From an uncultured delta proteobacterium (GTDB taxonomy: Bacteria > Desulfobacterota > Binatia > UBA9968), in the NCBI GenBank assembly GCA_963728565.1, contig CAVSLC010000026.1:1-47053 (forward strand): DNA of 47,053 nt, written 5' to 3'. The notes under the pieces were generated by a model. The model did no database searches, was not told the origin of the DNA, and was given only the letters and a program-made list of their open reading frames with translations. How positions within the stretch are numbered: position 1 is the stretch's first letter; every line of letters starts with the position of its first letter. This document shows positions 31,757 through 41,528 of the stretch, one piece after another. The position numbers were made by a program, and so were the translations under genes.

Positions 31757-34084
31757 GTGACGATCAAAACACAGACGCTTCTGATGGTAACCGTGTTGCT
31801 CGTCGTCGCGGTCTTCGCCACCGCGGGAGTCGTGGTTTGGGGCTCGCGCCGGGCGTTGCTCGCTGAAAGCGAAACTCAGGGTTTGGTCATCGCCCGGCTC
31901 TTGGCTCGTAGCGCGGCCTTCGGCGCGCAGGTGACCAGCGATGTCGAGAAAGCGATTGGCGAGCAGATGATCGTCGAGGCCACGATCGCTGCGCATTTGG
32001 TGGCTCTGGGTGAGGCGGCAGGAGTCGGCGCGAATGAGATCAACCGGCGACTTAGACAAATTGCCGACGACACGGTGCTGGACGAAATCTGGATTACCGA
32101 CGAGAAGGGTCATGCTTACTTAAGAAATAATACCGAAATAGACTTCACGTTCAGTCCGGATCGGCAGCTGCAACCCCAGGCTCACGCCTTCTGGCCTCTG
32201 CTCACCGGCAAGAACAAAGCTGTCGTCCAGGAGGCGCGTCAGCGCGAAATCGACACGCAGGTTTTCAAATACGTCGGGGTCGCGGGGGTGGATAAGCCGC
32301 GCATCGTCCAGGTCGGTTATCACGCCGCCATGCTTCGACAACTGCAGCAGAGCATGGGGCTGACTCGTCTGGTCAACCAGCTGGTATCCGACGGAAGCGT
32401 CATTGCAATCCGTGTCCTCGACAAGAACATGGTCACCGTGGACTATGCGGAGAGGCTCCGAGACAACAAGCTTCCGGAGCCGACCGAGGCCGACTTCGCG
32501 GTTTGGCGCAACTTGGCGCGCGAAGGGCGAACCGAAAGCTCTTCGGAAGCATCTCTGCTCAAGGTCGTCGTTCCGATCGGCGAAGAGGGGGGAGAGCTAA
32601 AAGGTGGAACAATTCTGGTCACTCTGCCGACGGATCACGTGCAGGCTGCGATTCAGAACAGGATTCGGTTGGCCATGGTGGTGAGCGGGTTGGTATTGTT
32701 GCTCGGGTCGATGATCGCGACCTTTGGCGCCAAGACGATTTCTCGGCCCATTGTCGACCTGACGGAGATGACCCGACGGATCGCAAGCGGTGACTTCACT
32801 CAAAGGATCGCCATCTCGGCAAAGAATGAAATTGGCGCTCTTGCGACCTCGTTCAATGAAATGACCGGGCGCTTGAACGAATCCATCGAGCACCTCAAGG
32901 AAACCACCGCGGCGAAGGAACGCATCGAAAGCGAGCTACAGATCGCCCATGAAATTCAGATGAGCATGGTGCCGAAGATCTTTCCTCCGTTTCCCGAGCG
33001 CAGCGAGTTCGATATTTTCGCCGCTCTGGTGCCGGCCAAGGAGGTAGGAGGGGATCTCTACGACTTCTTCTTCATCGATGACGATCATCTATGTTTTGCA
33101 GTCGGCGACGTCTCCGGCAAGGGAGTACCGGCATCGCTGTTTATGGCCGTGACCAAAACCCTGTTTCGGGCGACCGCCGGCAACGGCGGCAGTCCGGGTG
33201 AAATCCTCGCGCGGTTGAATACCGAGATCTGTCGCGATAACGACTCCTGTATGTTCGTGACCTTCTTTTGTGGGATCTTGAATATCCGCACCGGCCAGGT
33301 CCATTATAGTAACGCCGGGCACAATCTGCCCTTTTATCTTAGCCGCGAGGGCGTCAGTGCTTTGGAAAACTTCGGCGGAATATCCCTGGGGCTTATGGAG
33401 CAAGGCCCCTATGCATCAGGCGGGGTGGTTCTCGGTCCCGGTGAAAGTTTACTGCTTTACACCGACGGCGTGACCGAGGCCATGAATCCGAGCAGAACGC
33501 TTTATTCCGATGAGCGGCTCGAGCTGTTTCTAGGCACAAGTGACAGCTTGGCTCCGCGTCAGATCATCGACAGTTTGATCAGCGATGTAAGGCATTTCGC
33601 TGGCCAAGCGCCGCAATCGGATGATATTACGGTTCTTGCGCTGCAGTATTTTGGGACCGCGAAGCAAATGCTCGAACCGGTCGAGATCAGGGTCCACAAC
33701 AAACTTTCGGAGCTTGACTCAGCTAACCAGACCCTGACGGAATTTGGCCGTCGACACGGACTGCCCGAGAGTGTCCTGCACGACCTCAACCTCGTCGTGG
33801 GGGAACTTCTCACAAACATCATCTCCTATGGTTACGTCGACGACGGCGAACACGAGATCACGGTGAGGCTTAGCGTTGAACCCGGAGAGATAAGAGTCGA
33901 AGTGGAAGATGACGCGAAGCCGTTCAATCCTTTGGAAATGCCGGAGGCCGATACGACGAAACCTTTGGATGAAAGGGCTGTAGGTGGACTGGGCATCCAT
34001 CTCGTGCGCCAGCTCACCGACGGCCTGGAATACCAGAGACGTGAAGGGAAGAATCTACTGGCGATGAGGAAACGCCTGCGCTAG
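31757..34084 (+). CDS. Membrane sensor-HAMP-PP2C (SpoIIE/RsbU) phosphatase fused to an RsbW-like HATPase
   Basis: TM-periplasmic-TM; HAMP (NEIGALATSFNEM); VGGDLYD, GDVSGKG, YTDGVTEA, SDDIT; then ELLTNIISYG, EDDAKPFNP, GGLGIHLV. Confidence 0.93.
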   Translation: MTIKTQTLLMVTVLLVVAVFATAGVVVWGSRRALLAESETQGLVIARLLARSAAFGAQVTSDVEKAIGEQMIVEATIAAHLVALGEAAGVGANEINRRLRQIADDTVLDEIWITDEKGHAYLRNNTEIDFTFSPDRQLQPQAHAFWPLLTGKNKAVVQEARQREIDTQVFKYVGVAGVDKPRIVQVGYHAAMLRQLQQSMGLTRLVNQLVSDGSVIAIRVLDKNMVTVDYAERLRDNKLPEPTEADFAVWRNLAREGRTESSSEASLLKVVVPIGEEGGELKGGTILVTLPTDHVQAAIQNRIRLAMVVSGLVLLLGSMIATFGAKTISRPIVDLTEMTRRIASGDFTQRIAISAKNEIGALATSFNEMTGRLNESIEHLKETTAAKERIESELQIAHEIQMSMVPKIFPPFPERSEFDIFAALVPAKEVGGDLYDFFFIDDDHLCFAVGDVSGKGVPASLFMAVTKTLFRATAGNGGSPGEILARLNTEICRDNDSCMFVTFFCGILNIRTGQVHYSNAGHNLPFYLSREGVSALENFGGISLGLMEQGPYASGGVVLGPGESLLLYTDGVTEAMNPSRTLYSDERLELFLGTSDSLAPRQIIDSLISDVRHFAGQAPQSDDITVLALQYFGTAKQMLEPVEIRVHNKLSELDSANQTLTEFGRRHGLPESVLHDLNLVVGELLTNIISYGYVDDGEHEITVRLSVEPGEIRVEVEDDAKPFNPLEMPEADTTKPLDERAVGGLGIHLVRQLTDGLEYQRREGKNLLAMRKRLR

Positions 34085-34169
34085 CAGGCAAGAGGTTTTT
34101 CAACAACCTCATAGTGCATCAGTAGCCGAAGCCAGGCGGGAATCTTTCGATCACGAAAAGAGGCGCAAT

Positions 34170-34484
34170 ATGAAGGAACTGGAAATCACCGAGCAGCAGT
34201 CGCAATCGACGACGGTTCTTTCCGTCGTTGGCGCCGTGGATAGTAATACGGCTCCGGAGCTACAACAGGCCTTGTTGCGGGCGACTGAGACTTCCACCGG
34301 AGGCGTGGAGCTCGATCTGGCGAAGGTTTCGTATTTGAGCAGCGCCGGCCTGCGCGCTTTGCTGATGGCGGCAAAGGCGCTGCAAAAACGCAGCGAACGC
34401 CTGAAACTTATCAACGTCCCGCTGCCGATAAAGAACGTGTTGAATCTCACCGGCTTTGCGACATTCATCGACGTCAGCCCTTGA
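34170..34484 (+). CDS. STAS anti-anti-sigma factor (RsbV/SpoIIAA-like)
   Basis: GAVDSNTAPEL and LDLAKVSYLSSAGLRAL with the phosphoacceptor Ser region. Confidence 0.93.
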   Translation: MKELEITEQQSQSTTVLSVVGAVDSNTAPELQQALLRATETSTGGVELDLAKVSYLSSAGLRALLMAAKALQKRSERLKLINVPLPIKNVLNLTGFATFIDVSP

Positions 34485-34526
34485 TGCTATAGGCGCGGCC
34501 AAGGACTGCGGCGCGCGCGAGATAGT

Positions 34527-36254
34527 ATGAAGATAGAAGCCAACGTTTGGCAGAAAGTTTCTGGCACCCCTTCCGTCGACATCTTTCCGATCATACCCAA
34601 GGCCAACTGCGTTTCATCGAATTGCTACATTTTTTCCGCTCCCGAGGCGCTCGTGGTCGTCGATCCCGGCGCAAGCGCCGAGCAGACGGAGCAAATAAGC
34701 CGAATTCTAACCGACGCCCTGACAGTGTCACAGCGCCCGGTCCTCCTATTTCTTACCCATTGCCATCAAGACCACTCACAGGAGGCGGATCTTGAACTTC
34801 CCACAGGTACGGAAGTCAAGCGGTTCGCGCACAAGTCGGGAGTTGAGGCGCTCAAGCAGCGCGACCGCAACCTGACTACCGCTTATCTCTATCCGTGGAA
34901 CCCTGAAATATGCACGGCGCGATTCGAGGGAATCCTATTCGCTTCCAGCCCGGCGTCGGAACCGGCCGTGCTGGAATTGTCCGACGGCCGACGATTCGAG
35001 CTTTACACTGAGCCGATGGCGCTGCCCCATGGCGCAACGCTGCAACGACAATGGCTTTCTCTCGGCGCCGGAAATCGCCTTGAGATTTATCACACGCCCG
35101 GACATTCGGCGTGCAGCATATCGTTAAGAATCGGATCGTTGCTGATGCTGGGTGATTTGCCGTTCGCCGCCAACCCCGGCGTGTGCGGCCTCGACGGCTG
35201 GAACCACGGAGATCTTTTGCAAACACTGCGCAACGTCGATGGGCTCCTGGAAATACCCGACATCACGGCGTGTTGCCCCGGGCATGGTTACTGCGTTTCG
35301 GCGCAAAGCATGCGCGAGAAGCTCCGGTTGATGGAGACCGAAGCTTCCAATCTGACCGACGTGCCGCTCATGGATGCCGAACGTATTAGCGCTCTTAAAA
35401 TCTACGCGGATGAACTGCTCGAAGAAACGGCGGCGCTGCTTACGATTTTTTCCGGGCGCCTGTACACGGTGTCTTACTGCCTATCCATGCTCGAGGAGGA
35501 GGGCGGCGCGGCCAGCCGGGTTCTCGAGAGCTTGGATATCGATCAGATCGACCGCATCCTCTCGGACTTTCGCCGTGTCGCGGAAGCGTTCAACTCGAGC
35601 CCCATGCCCGAATGGACCGTAGTGCTCAAAGGCGTTCAAGTCGCCAGATCATTGCAAAAAGTTCTGTCCGCAGAAAACGTTCGGCAAATTCTCGATCTCT
35701 CTCTGGTTGATCGGGCCCAGCGTCGGCTAGAAGATTTCTTGAATCTTGTGCGCGGCTTGCAATTTTTCCAGACCGAGCAGCCGGGAGCCGTAAACGAGAT
35801 CATAACGGAGCTCCTGAAGCAGACCAGGGAAATCACGTTGATGGAATCCGCTGATCTGATGGAAGCGCTGGACGATGAATCTTTTCTGCAGGCTCTCACG
35901 CGCCGAATGGCGGCGTACTCGCCTCTGCGAGGCGTCCAGTTCGAATTTGCGCCGGCCGCGCAGGAGACCAAAGCAAACATCGGCGCGGAGCGGCTCGGCG
36001 ATATATTGACCAATGTGATGGAAGGAATGGCCGGAACGGGCGTCAAGCACATCAGCATTGCCACTCAGGTGTCATCGGGCCAGGTGGAGATTCGACTATC
36101 GAGCCGCGAACGGATGGATTCGGCTGCGTTCGGTAAGCGCCGGCTCGATCTTTACAACAGAACCCTCGGCTGGCTCGGCGGCAGCTTCGAATGCATCCAG
36201 CACGAGGGTAGCCCTGATTTCATCATCAGATTGCCGGCGCTCAAAACAATGTGA
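34527..36254 (+). CDS. MBL-fold metallo-hydrolase fused to a helical region and a degenerate HATPase-like C-terminus
   Basis: SNCY, VVDPG, THCHQDH, HTPGHS, GDLPF, PGHG; C-terminal ERLGDILTNVME...LGGSF...FIIRLP. Confidence 0.8.
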   Translation: MKIEANVWQKVSGTPSVDIFPIIPKANCVSSNCYIFSAPEALVVVDPGASAEQTEQISRILTDALTVSQRPVLLFLTHCHQDHSQEADLELPTGTEVKRFAHKSGVEALKQRDRNLTTAYLYPWNPEICTARFEGILFASSPASEPAVLELSDGRRFELYTEPMALPHGATLQRQWLSLGAGNRLEIYHTPGHSACSISLRIGSLLMLGDLPFAANPGVCGLDGWNHGDLLQTLRNVDGLLEIPDITACCPGHGYCVSAQSMREKLRLMETEASNLTDVPLMDAERISALKIYADELLEETAALLTIFSGRLYTVSYCLSMLEEEGGAASRVLESLDIDQIDRILSDFRRVAEAFNSSPMPEWTVVLKGVQVARSLQKVLSAENVRQILDLSLVDRAQRRLEDFLNLVRGLQFFQTEQPGAVNEIITELLKQTREITLMESADLMEALDDESFLQALTRRMAAYSPLRGVQFEFAPAAQETKANIGAERLGDILTNVMEGMAGTGVKHISIATQVSSGQVEIRLSSRERMDSAAFGKRRLDLYNRTLGWLGGSFECIQHEGSPDFIIRLPALKTM

Positions 36255-36477
36255 TGCGAGCGGTTCCAAAGAACAACGCCGGAAACTCCGCGATAAATGA
36301 GTAAGCCGCCAACAGGGTTGCGTGATCGCACGCTCTCGCCGCAAAGAGACTTTGCGTGCGCGACTCACCCTTGATTTTCCCCTGCTCTTTGCGTCTCAGA
36401 AGAGATGGCCTGCGCACGCTGAATGAGAAAAATTTGGTTGACATCTTTCGCCAAAGATAATCAGAATACGGCTGATC

Positions 36478-37274
36478 ATGCCTAAGCAATCAATCTTTAT
36501 AAGCTACCGGCGGCAAGATACGGCAGCCTACGCGGGTCGCATCTATGATCGCCTGGCGGCGAAATACGGCGAGCCGAATGTTTTTATGGACATCGACAGA
36601 ATCGAGCCGGGACAAGATTTCGTCGACGCCATCAATCATAGCGTGGCGGAAGCGGGCGTCCTCCTTGTCCTCATCGGACGAGAGTGGATCAAGATGACCG
36701 ACAAAAGCGGCGTCCGTCGACTGGACAATCCGGAAGATTTTGTACGATTGGAGATTCTTGCCGGGCTCGAACAAAAGACCGTTATCATCCCGGTTCTTCT
36801 GGCGGACGCCGAGATGCCCTCTGCGCAGGCCTTGCCGGCGCCGCTGCAGCCGTTCGCGCGCAGGAACGCAATCGAGATAAGCGACTCGAGATTTCATTCG
36901 GACGTGGATCGATTGATCGAAGCCATCGAAAAAATATTCAATCCACAGAGAGCCGCGGTGCCACCGATCAGACCCGAGCAGCGAAACCAAAGTTCGATGC
37001 CATTTATTAGCGCGAGTTCGCGTCCTAACATGAGCTTCATTGCCGCGGCGGTTGTGGCGGTGGCACTGATGGTCGCGGGAATTTGGTGGTTCACGACCGG
37101 AGGCGAGCGCGAAGCAAGTTTTCAGGGAGAACCCTATATCCAGTCTCCGCCGAAGTCTGCCGAGAAGTCGCCGAGAACTCACCGCGTCAAGATCCACGCC
37201 AGTCTCCCGTGCAACAAGATCCAACCCAAATGAGTCCGGCATATAATCCTAGACAGAGTGCTCCAGCCCAGTAA
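36478..37274 (+). CDS. TIR_2 domain membrane protein; probable frameshift near 37175 in the Pro/Gln-rich tail (stop at 37233 as given)
   Basis: IFISYRRQD, VFMDIDRIEPGQDF, RRLDNPEDFVRLEI, IPVL; TM helix; alternative tail SPRQDPRQSPVQQDP. Confidence 0.85.
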
Positions 37275-37303
37275 GCAGCTCGGTGCGGTGATAGGAAGTT
37301 TCC

Positions 37304-37417
37304 CTATCTGCCGTCGTCGATGCCGACGAGGATGATGGCGTTGGCGATCAGCCAACCATCGTCGCCCTTTCATGGAGCACATGGAGGACCACGTTGATGT
37401 GCCCGCCGCTGGGCAAA
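37304..37417 (-). pseudogene. Degenerate third copy of the Lin0512-family 3' end
   Basis: Reads GDDGWLIANAIILVGIDDGR* and LPSGGHINVV, against GKDGWLIANAIIVVSIDDGK* and LPHGGGHVNVV in 41529-41873; small deletions. Confidence 0.85.
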
Positions 37418-37597
37418 GCCAAACAGTTGAGCGGTCGAAGCAATCTGGGTTCTGGCTCGCTCTCCCCAACGCTCATCCAGGACCGCAGGACCGCTCGCGC
37501 GCGATGGGGACGTTTAAAAAATCCATTGACATGAGATTTCCATGGTGGGTACTCTCCGCAGTGCGTCAGATCATTTGCTGGCGTGATCGGAGGGCCC

Positions 37598-38587
37598 ATG
37601 AGACACGCACTGCGAGCAGCTTGTCTGGTTCATAGCCTTCTGTGGGTTCAAACGGCCGTTGCCGAGCCGAGCGTGAGAGATCTGGCGGCACGGACTGAAG
37701 TACATCCCATTCAGACGCTCACCGTTTCAGTGCGGCAGTTCTTGACCGGAGACCAAGATGGCAAACCCGTGACCATCGCGGGCCATCTGCGCTTTCCACA
37801 AGCGGCGAGCGGCCGGTTGCCGGCAGATCATCCTGCAACATGGCTCGTCCGGCTCCAATGCACGCGACGAACTCTGGGCAAAAACTTTCAACGAGATGGG
37901 GATCGCGACATTTTCGGTAGACAGCTTCTCCGGGCGCGGCCTGGTTCGTACATCGACGAATCTTGGGCAGTTCAACTTGTATAGCGTCATTCTCGACGCC
38001 TATCGCGCCTTCAACGTGCTGGCGGATCATTCGCGAATCGATCCGACGCGGATTGCAATCATGGGGTTTTCACTGGGCGGCGTCTCGGCACTCTACTCGA
38101 GCATGAAAAGATTTCAGAAAATGTGGAACTCACGGGTTGCTTATCGTCGCCCACATTCCCTTTTATGCCGGCTGCTCTGCTACGTATATCGGCGACACCG
38201 ACGTGGGCGCCGCGCCCATACGACAGTTTCACGGCGCGGCCGACGACTACACGCCCGTGGCGCCGTGCCGGGCTTATTTTGAACGACTGCGCGCTGCCGG
38301 GCGCGATGCCGTGCTGACCGAGTACCCGGACGCGCATCATAGTTTTGATAATCCGCTCGGCAATAAGGTTCCGACGATCTCGAAGGGCTCGCAAAAGCTT
38401 CCGCGGATGCAAGCTCAAGGAAGAGCCGCTCGGCACGATGGTCCACGCCGAATCGGGCGAGCGCTTCACCTGGAAGGACCCGTGCATTCAAAGCGACCCG
38501 CACACCGGCTACAATGAGGCGGCGGCGAGCGCCGCGCGGGTTGCCGTCAAGGATTTCGTGAGAACACTATTCAAGCTGGAACGGTGA
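37598..38587 (+). pseudogene. Dienelactone hydrolase-family protein with about three frameshifts (~37826, ~38140, ~38400)
   Basis: Signal peptide; LQHGSSG, VDSFSGRG, GFSLGG, FHGAADDY, YPDAHHSFD, GYNEAAA spread over four reading-frame segments. Confidence 0.8.
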
Positions 38588-38658
38588 AAATCTTTTGCGA
38601 AGGACTTGCCACTGAGTCGGACAAAAATTTTCAATCGATACGAAAGGAGCCGATAGCA

Positions 38659-39289
38659 ATGAAAAGTATGCGCGCGATTACTCTGGAGCTACTGCTCGTG
38701 ATGGGACTCACGGTTATGGGGTGCTCATCGGAGATGTCTAATCGGGGAGACACAGGTTGGATCACGCTTCTCGACGGCTCGAATCCGAAGACCCTGGACA
38801 ACTGGAACCGGATCGGCGACGCCAATTGGCGAGCCGAGGATGGCGCCATCGTGGCCGACAAAGGCAAAGGTGGCCATCTGGTCTCGAAGAACTCCTATAA
38901 GGATTTCCAAATTCGCGCCGAGTTCTGGGCGGACCACACCACCAATAGCGGGATCTTTTTTCGCGTTTCCGATCCCACAACCATCGGATCCAAAAACGCT
39001 TACGAGGCGAATATCTACGATCAGCGCCCGGGGCAGGAATACAGCACCGGAGCGATCGTCGATGTCGCCAAGGTGTCTCCGATCCCGAAGGCGGGCGGCA
39101 AGTGGAATACCTATCGAAATCACCGCCAAAGGCTCACATCTAACGGTCGTTCTCAATGGCGCCAAAACCGCCGATGTCCAGCACAGCCAGTTCACGGAGG
39201 GTCCGATCTCGCTCCAGTTTGGCAACCGTGAAAAAGGAGCCCCAGGCGGCGCGATCAAATGGCGCAGAGTGCAGATCAGGCCGCTGTAA
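38659..39289 (+). pseudogene. DUF1080 (3-keto-disaccharide hydrolase-like) lipoprotein; frameshift near 39112
   Basis: AAGGAG RBS, MGC lipobox, GWITLLDG, NSGIFFR, YEANIYD, GKWNT; then EITAKG...GPISLQ...IKWRRVQIRPL in the shifted frame. Confidence 0.8.
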
Positions 39290-39360
39290 CCCGTGTCATC
39301 ACAGCGCAGCAGCAAAGCTGCTCGTCGATAAAGGTTCAAAAGAAGGATTGAGGGATTGAA

Positions 39361-39656
39361 CTCTCCAATCTTATGATTGCGGCGCCGAATTGGGCCGAAG
39401 TTCGCTACATCGTAGAACGAAAAGTTGGTCTTTCGGAATGGCTTCGGGTCCGAGCGCGGTTGCTGGGTCTACCTCTAAATATAGTTCCCGCCGACCAAGA
39501 GTTGTCGGAGTGGCTGGTGAGTTGAAAGTGGTGAAAAAGATGTCTTTGGCGGATTGTTTTGCCGCAGCACTGGCGAAGCGGGAAAAGGCGGAAATATACA
39601 CCGGAGATCCCGAGTTCAAGACGGTGGAGCGAGAAATCAAAGTCATTTGGTTATAG
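39361..39656 (+). pseudogene. vapC: 5'-truncated, frameshifted VapC (PIN) toxin remnant
   Basis: NWAEVRYIVERK...LPLNIVPADQELSE, shift at ~39510, then AGELK...SLADCFAAALAK...YTGDPEFK...IWL. Confidence 0.75.
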
Positions 39657-39694
39657 GAGCTTCTTGCGGCTCTAAACAAATACGCAATACGCAA

Positions 39695-40228
39695 TCACGA
39701 CCCTCCTGATTCCGGCTGAGCCTGATGGTATTCTTTGTCTATCGCTGCAAGCACGAGGTCGAAGTCATCGAAGTTTTCGCCTTTAGCGAGATCTATGATC
39801 CGACCGAATTCCGGCCAATCCCTTGTATCAAACCAATGAGGAAACGTTTTCAGAAACCAGCCGAGAAAGCCGGTTACCTCCGGCGACATTGTCTGCGTAA
39901 GAATTGAATGAACCACCGCCGCTTCAAAGAGATGGAATTTGGTGGCTTCAGGGAAAAAGGCGAACTGCTGCTCTGGGTCCTTATCTGCATGTTTCAAAAA
40001 GTTTTGGGCTGATCGATAAGCCCGCCTGAGATCCGGGTCTAAGCGATCAAAGATGATCTTTATGTCTTTAGGCCTGGCAAGATCCGTAAGAATCCCCTGG
40101 GCAGCCGCAGCCAAAGTATGGACGGCGAGCAAGTCTTTGCGTTCAAAGAAAAGTCGGATTGCAACGCGCAACTGACGATCGGCCGCCTCGACCTTACTGA
40201 TGATCTGATATTGATATTTGCCCAACAT
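39695..40228 (-). CDS. Hypothetical alpha-helical protein, possibly HEPN-like
   Basis: KVEAADRQLRVAIRLFF, AVHTLAAAA, QNFLKHADKDP. Confidence 0.65.
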   Translation of the reverse strand: MLGKYQYQIISKVEAADRQLRVAIRLFFERKDLLAVHTLAAAAQGILTDLARPKDIKIIFDRLDPDLRRAYRSAQNFLKHADKDPEQQFAFFPEATKFHLFEAAVVHSILTQTMSPEVTGFLGWFLKTFPHWFDTRDWPEFGRIIDLAKGENFDDFDLVLAAIDKEYHQAQPESGGS

Positions 40229-40432
40229 AATAGCGCGAGGATTCTAACACTGCACCAGTGCCATTACCAGAAAAGCGAGCGGTCCGCGCGGTTCGAGCCA
40301 GCATTCTAGAGCTTCGAGCAGATCATAGGCTTTCTGTAAGCTCCGCTCGTTCCCTCATCGTGAATCCCGGCTTGAGATTCTCCATCAGCCGGTTGAAAAG
40401 TTTCTTTGCACCGTTAGATTCCTGATGCACGG

Positions 40433-40480
40433 GGAACGATTTGAACGTAGCGTAGCGATTGAACGGCTTGAACGTTTTGA
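40433..40480. repeat. TTGAACG-type REP-like repeat
   Basis: GAACGATTTGAACGTAGCGTAGCGATTGAACGGCTTGAACGTTTTGA, close to 42130-42176. Confidence 0.75.
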
Positions 40481-40493
40481 CCAAAAGTTGCGG

Positions 40494-40673
40494 TTATTTC
40501 CCGTCGTCGATGCTGACGACGATGATGGCGTTGGCGATCAGCCATCCGTCCTGGCCAGTTTCATTTAGCACCTGCAATCCGCCTTGAACCACGTTGACGT
40601 GGCCGCCGCCGTGGGGCAACGTTTCCAGGACGGACTGCTTATCTACTGCAGCGGGCTTGGGCAACGCTGATGG
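40494..40673 (-). pseudogene. Second copy of the Lin0512-family 3' half (no 5' half)
   Basis: PKPAAVDKQSVLETLPHGGGHVNVVQGGLQVLNETGQDGWLIANAIIVVSIDDGK* aligns ungapped with 41529-41696. Confidence 0.92.
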
Positions 40674-40735
40674 CTCAAATATCCGTTCTGAAAAACTTTC
40701 GCCACGTCGAGCAAATTGATCCAATTGGTGGACCG

Positions 40736-40754
40736 TGATAGCATTATGCTATCA
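40736..40754. promoter_or_regulatory. Probable TA autoregulatory operator
   Basis: Perfect palindrome TGATAGCAT-T-ATGCTATCA just upstream of the antitoxin RBS. Confidence 0.7.
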
Positions 40755-40771
40755 AAATGGAAGGAGCCAAG

Positions 40772-41002
40772 ATGGGTCAAGTATTGGTGAGAAACCTCCC
40801 GGCAGAAGTTGTGAAAAAGCTGAAAAGCAGAGCCAAGCAACACCGGCGTTCACTGCAAGAGGAACTCAAGAACATTCTTGAGCAGGCAGCTGAGCATAAC
40901 GTGAAAGACATTCAAGCTAACGTCAACACGGTTCGCAAGCTCTTTGCCGGCCGTAAGTTCAGTGACAGTTCCGATCTGATTCGGCAAGATCGGGCGCGGT
41001 GA
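40772..41002 (+). CDS. FitA-like ribbon-helix-helix antitoxin
   Basis: MGQVLVRNLPAEVVKKLKSRAKQHRRSLQEELKNIL and DSSDLIRQDR; GTGA overlap with the toxin. Confidence 0.88.
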   Translation: MGQVLVRNLPAEVVKKLKSRAKQHRRSLQEELKNILEQAAEHNVKDIQANVNTVRKLFAGRKFSDSSDLIRQDRAR

Positions 41003-41424
41003 GCCTCTTTGTCGTTGACGCAAGTGTGGCGATCAAGTGGTTCTTGCCGGAAAATCACAGTGAGGCCGCGCTTCGGCTGCTTACTCAACCGCATACGTTG
41101 CATGCTCCCGACCTGATCTTTTCAGAGTTCGGCAACGTTCTCTGGAAGCGGGTTAGAAGAAACGAGATCCTTAAAGAGGAAGCCGATGCAATACTGGAGG
41201 GCTTGCGAACTCTTAACCTCCAAGTGCAACCCTCGCAGGCGCTAATTCCGTTAGCGCTTGAAATCGCATGTGGCGAGAATCGTACCGTCTATGACAGTCT
41301 TTATCTCGCTGCCGCAATTGCGCTTCAGTCGCCGTTAATCACGGCCGATGCCAGATTTTTTCGCGCTCTTAGTAAAGGACCCTTCTCGGCGCATCTGCTT
41401 TGGGTCGAGGACATCCCACAGTAG
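40999..41424 (+). CDS. vapC: VapC PIN-domain toxin
   Basis: VVDASVAIKW, EFGNVLWK, TVYDSLYLA, LITAD. Confidence 0.92.
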   Translation: MSLFVVDASVAIKWFLPENHSEAALRLLTQPHTLHAPDLIFSEFGNVLWKRVRRNEILKEEADAILEGLRTLNLQVQPSQALIPLALEIACGENRTVYDSLYLAAAIALQSPLITADARFFRALSKGPFSAHLLWVEDIPQ

Positions 41425-41528
41425 CTTTATTCAGCTTATCGAACGTGAAACACGGGCCGACTACTTTGTCCGGTTAAGATGCGGCGTTCCGTGACTCAGT
41501 AGGAAGAGAGCTCGGCTCAATCACTTCG

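Noticed and set aside
36478-37233. Thoeris or CBASS defence system
   Set aside because: No ThsA, cyclase or other partner gene; a lone TIR is insufficient.
40250-40430. Possible minus-strand gene fragment (AKKLFNRLMENLKPGF / LQKAYDLLEAL)
   Set aside because: Short, broken and unassignable without a search.
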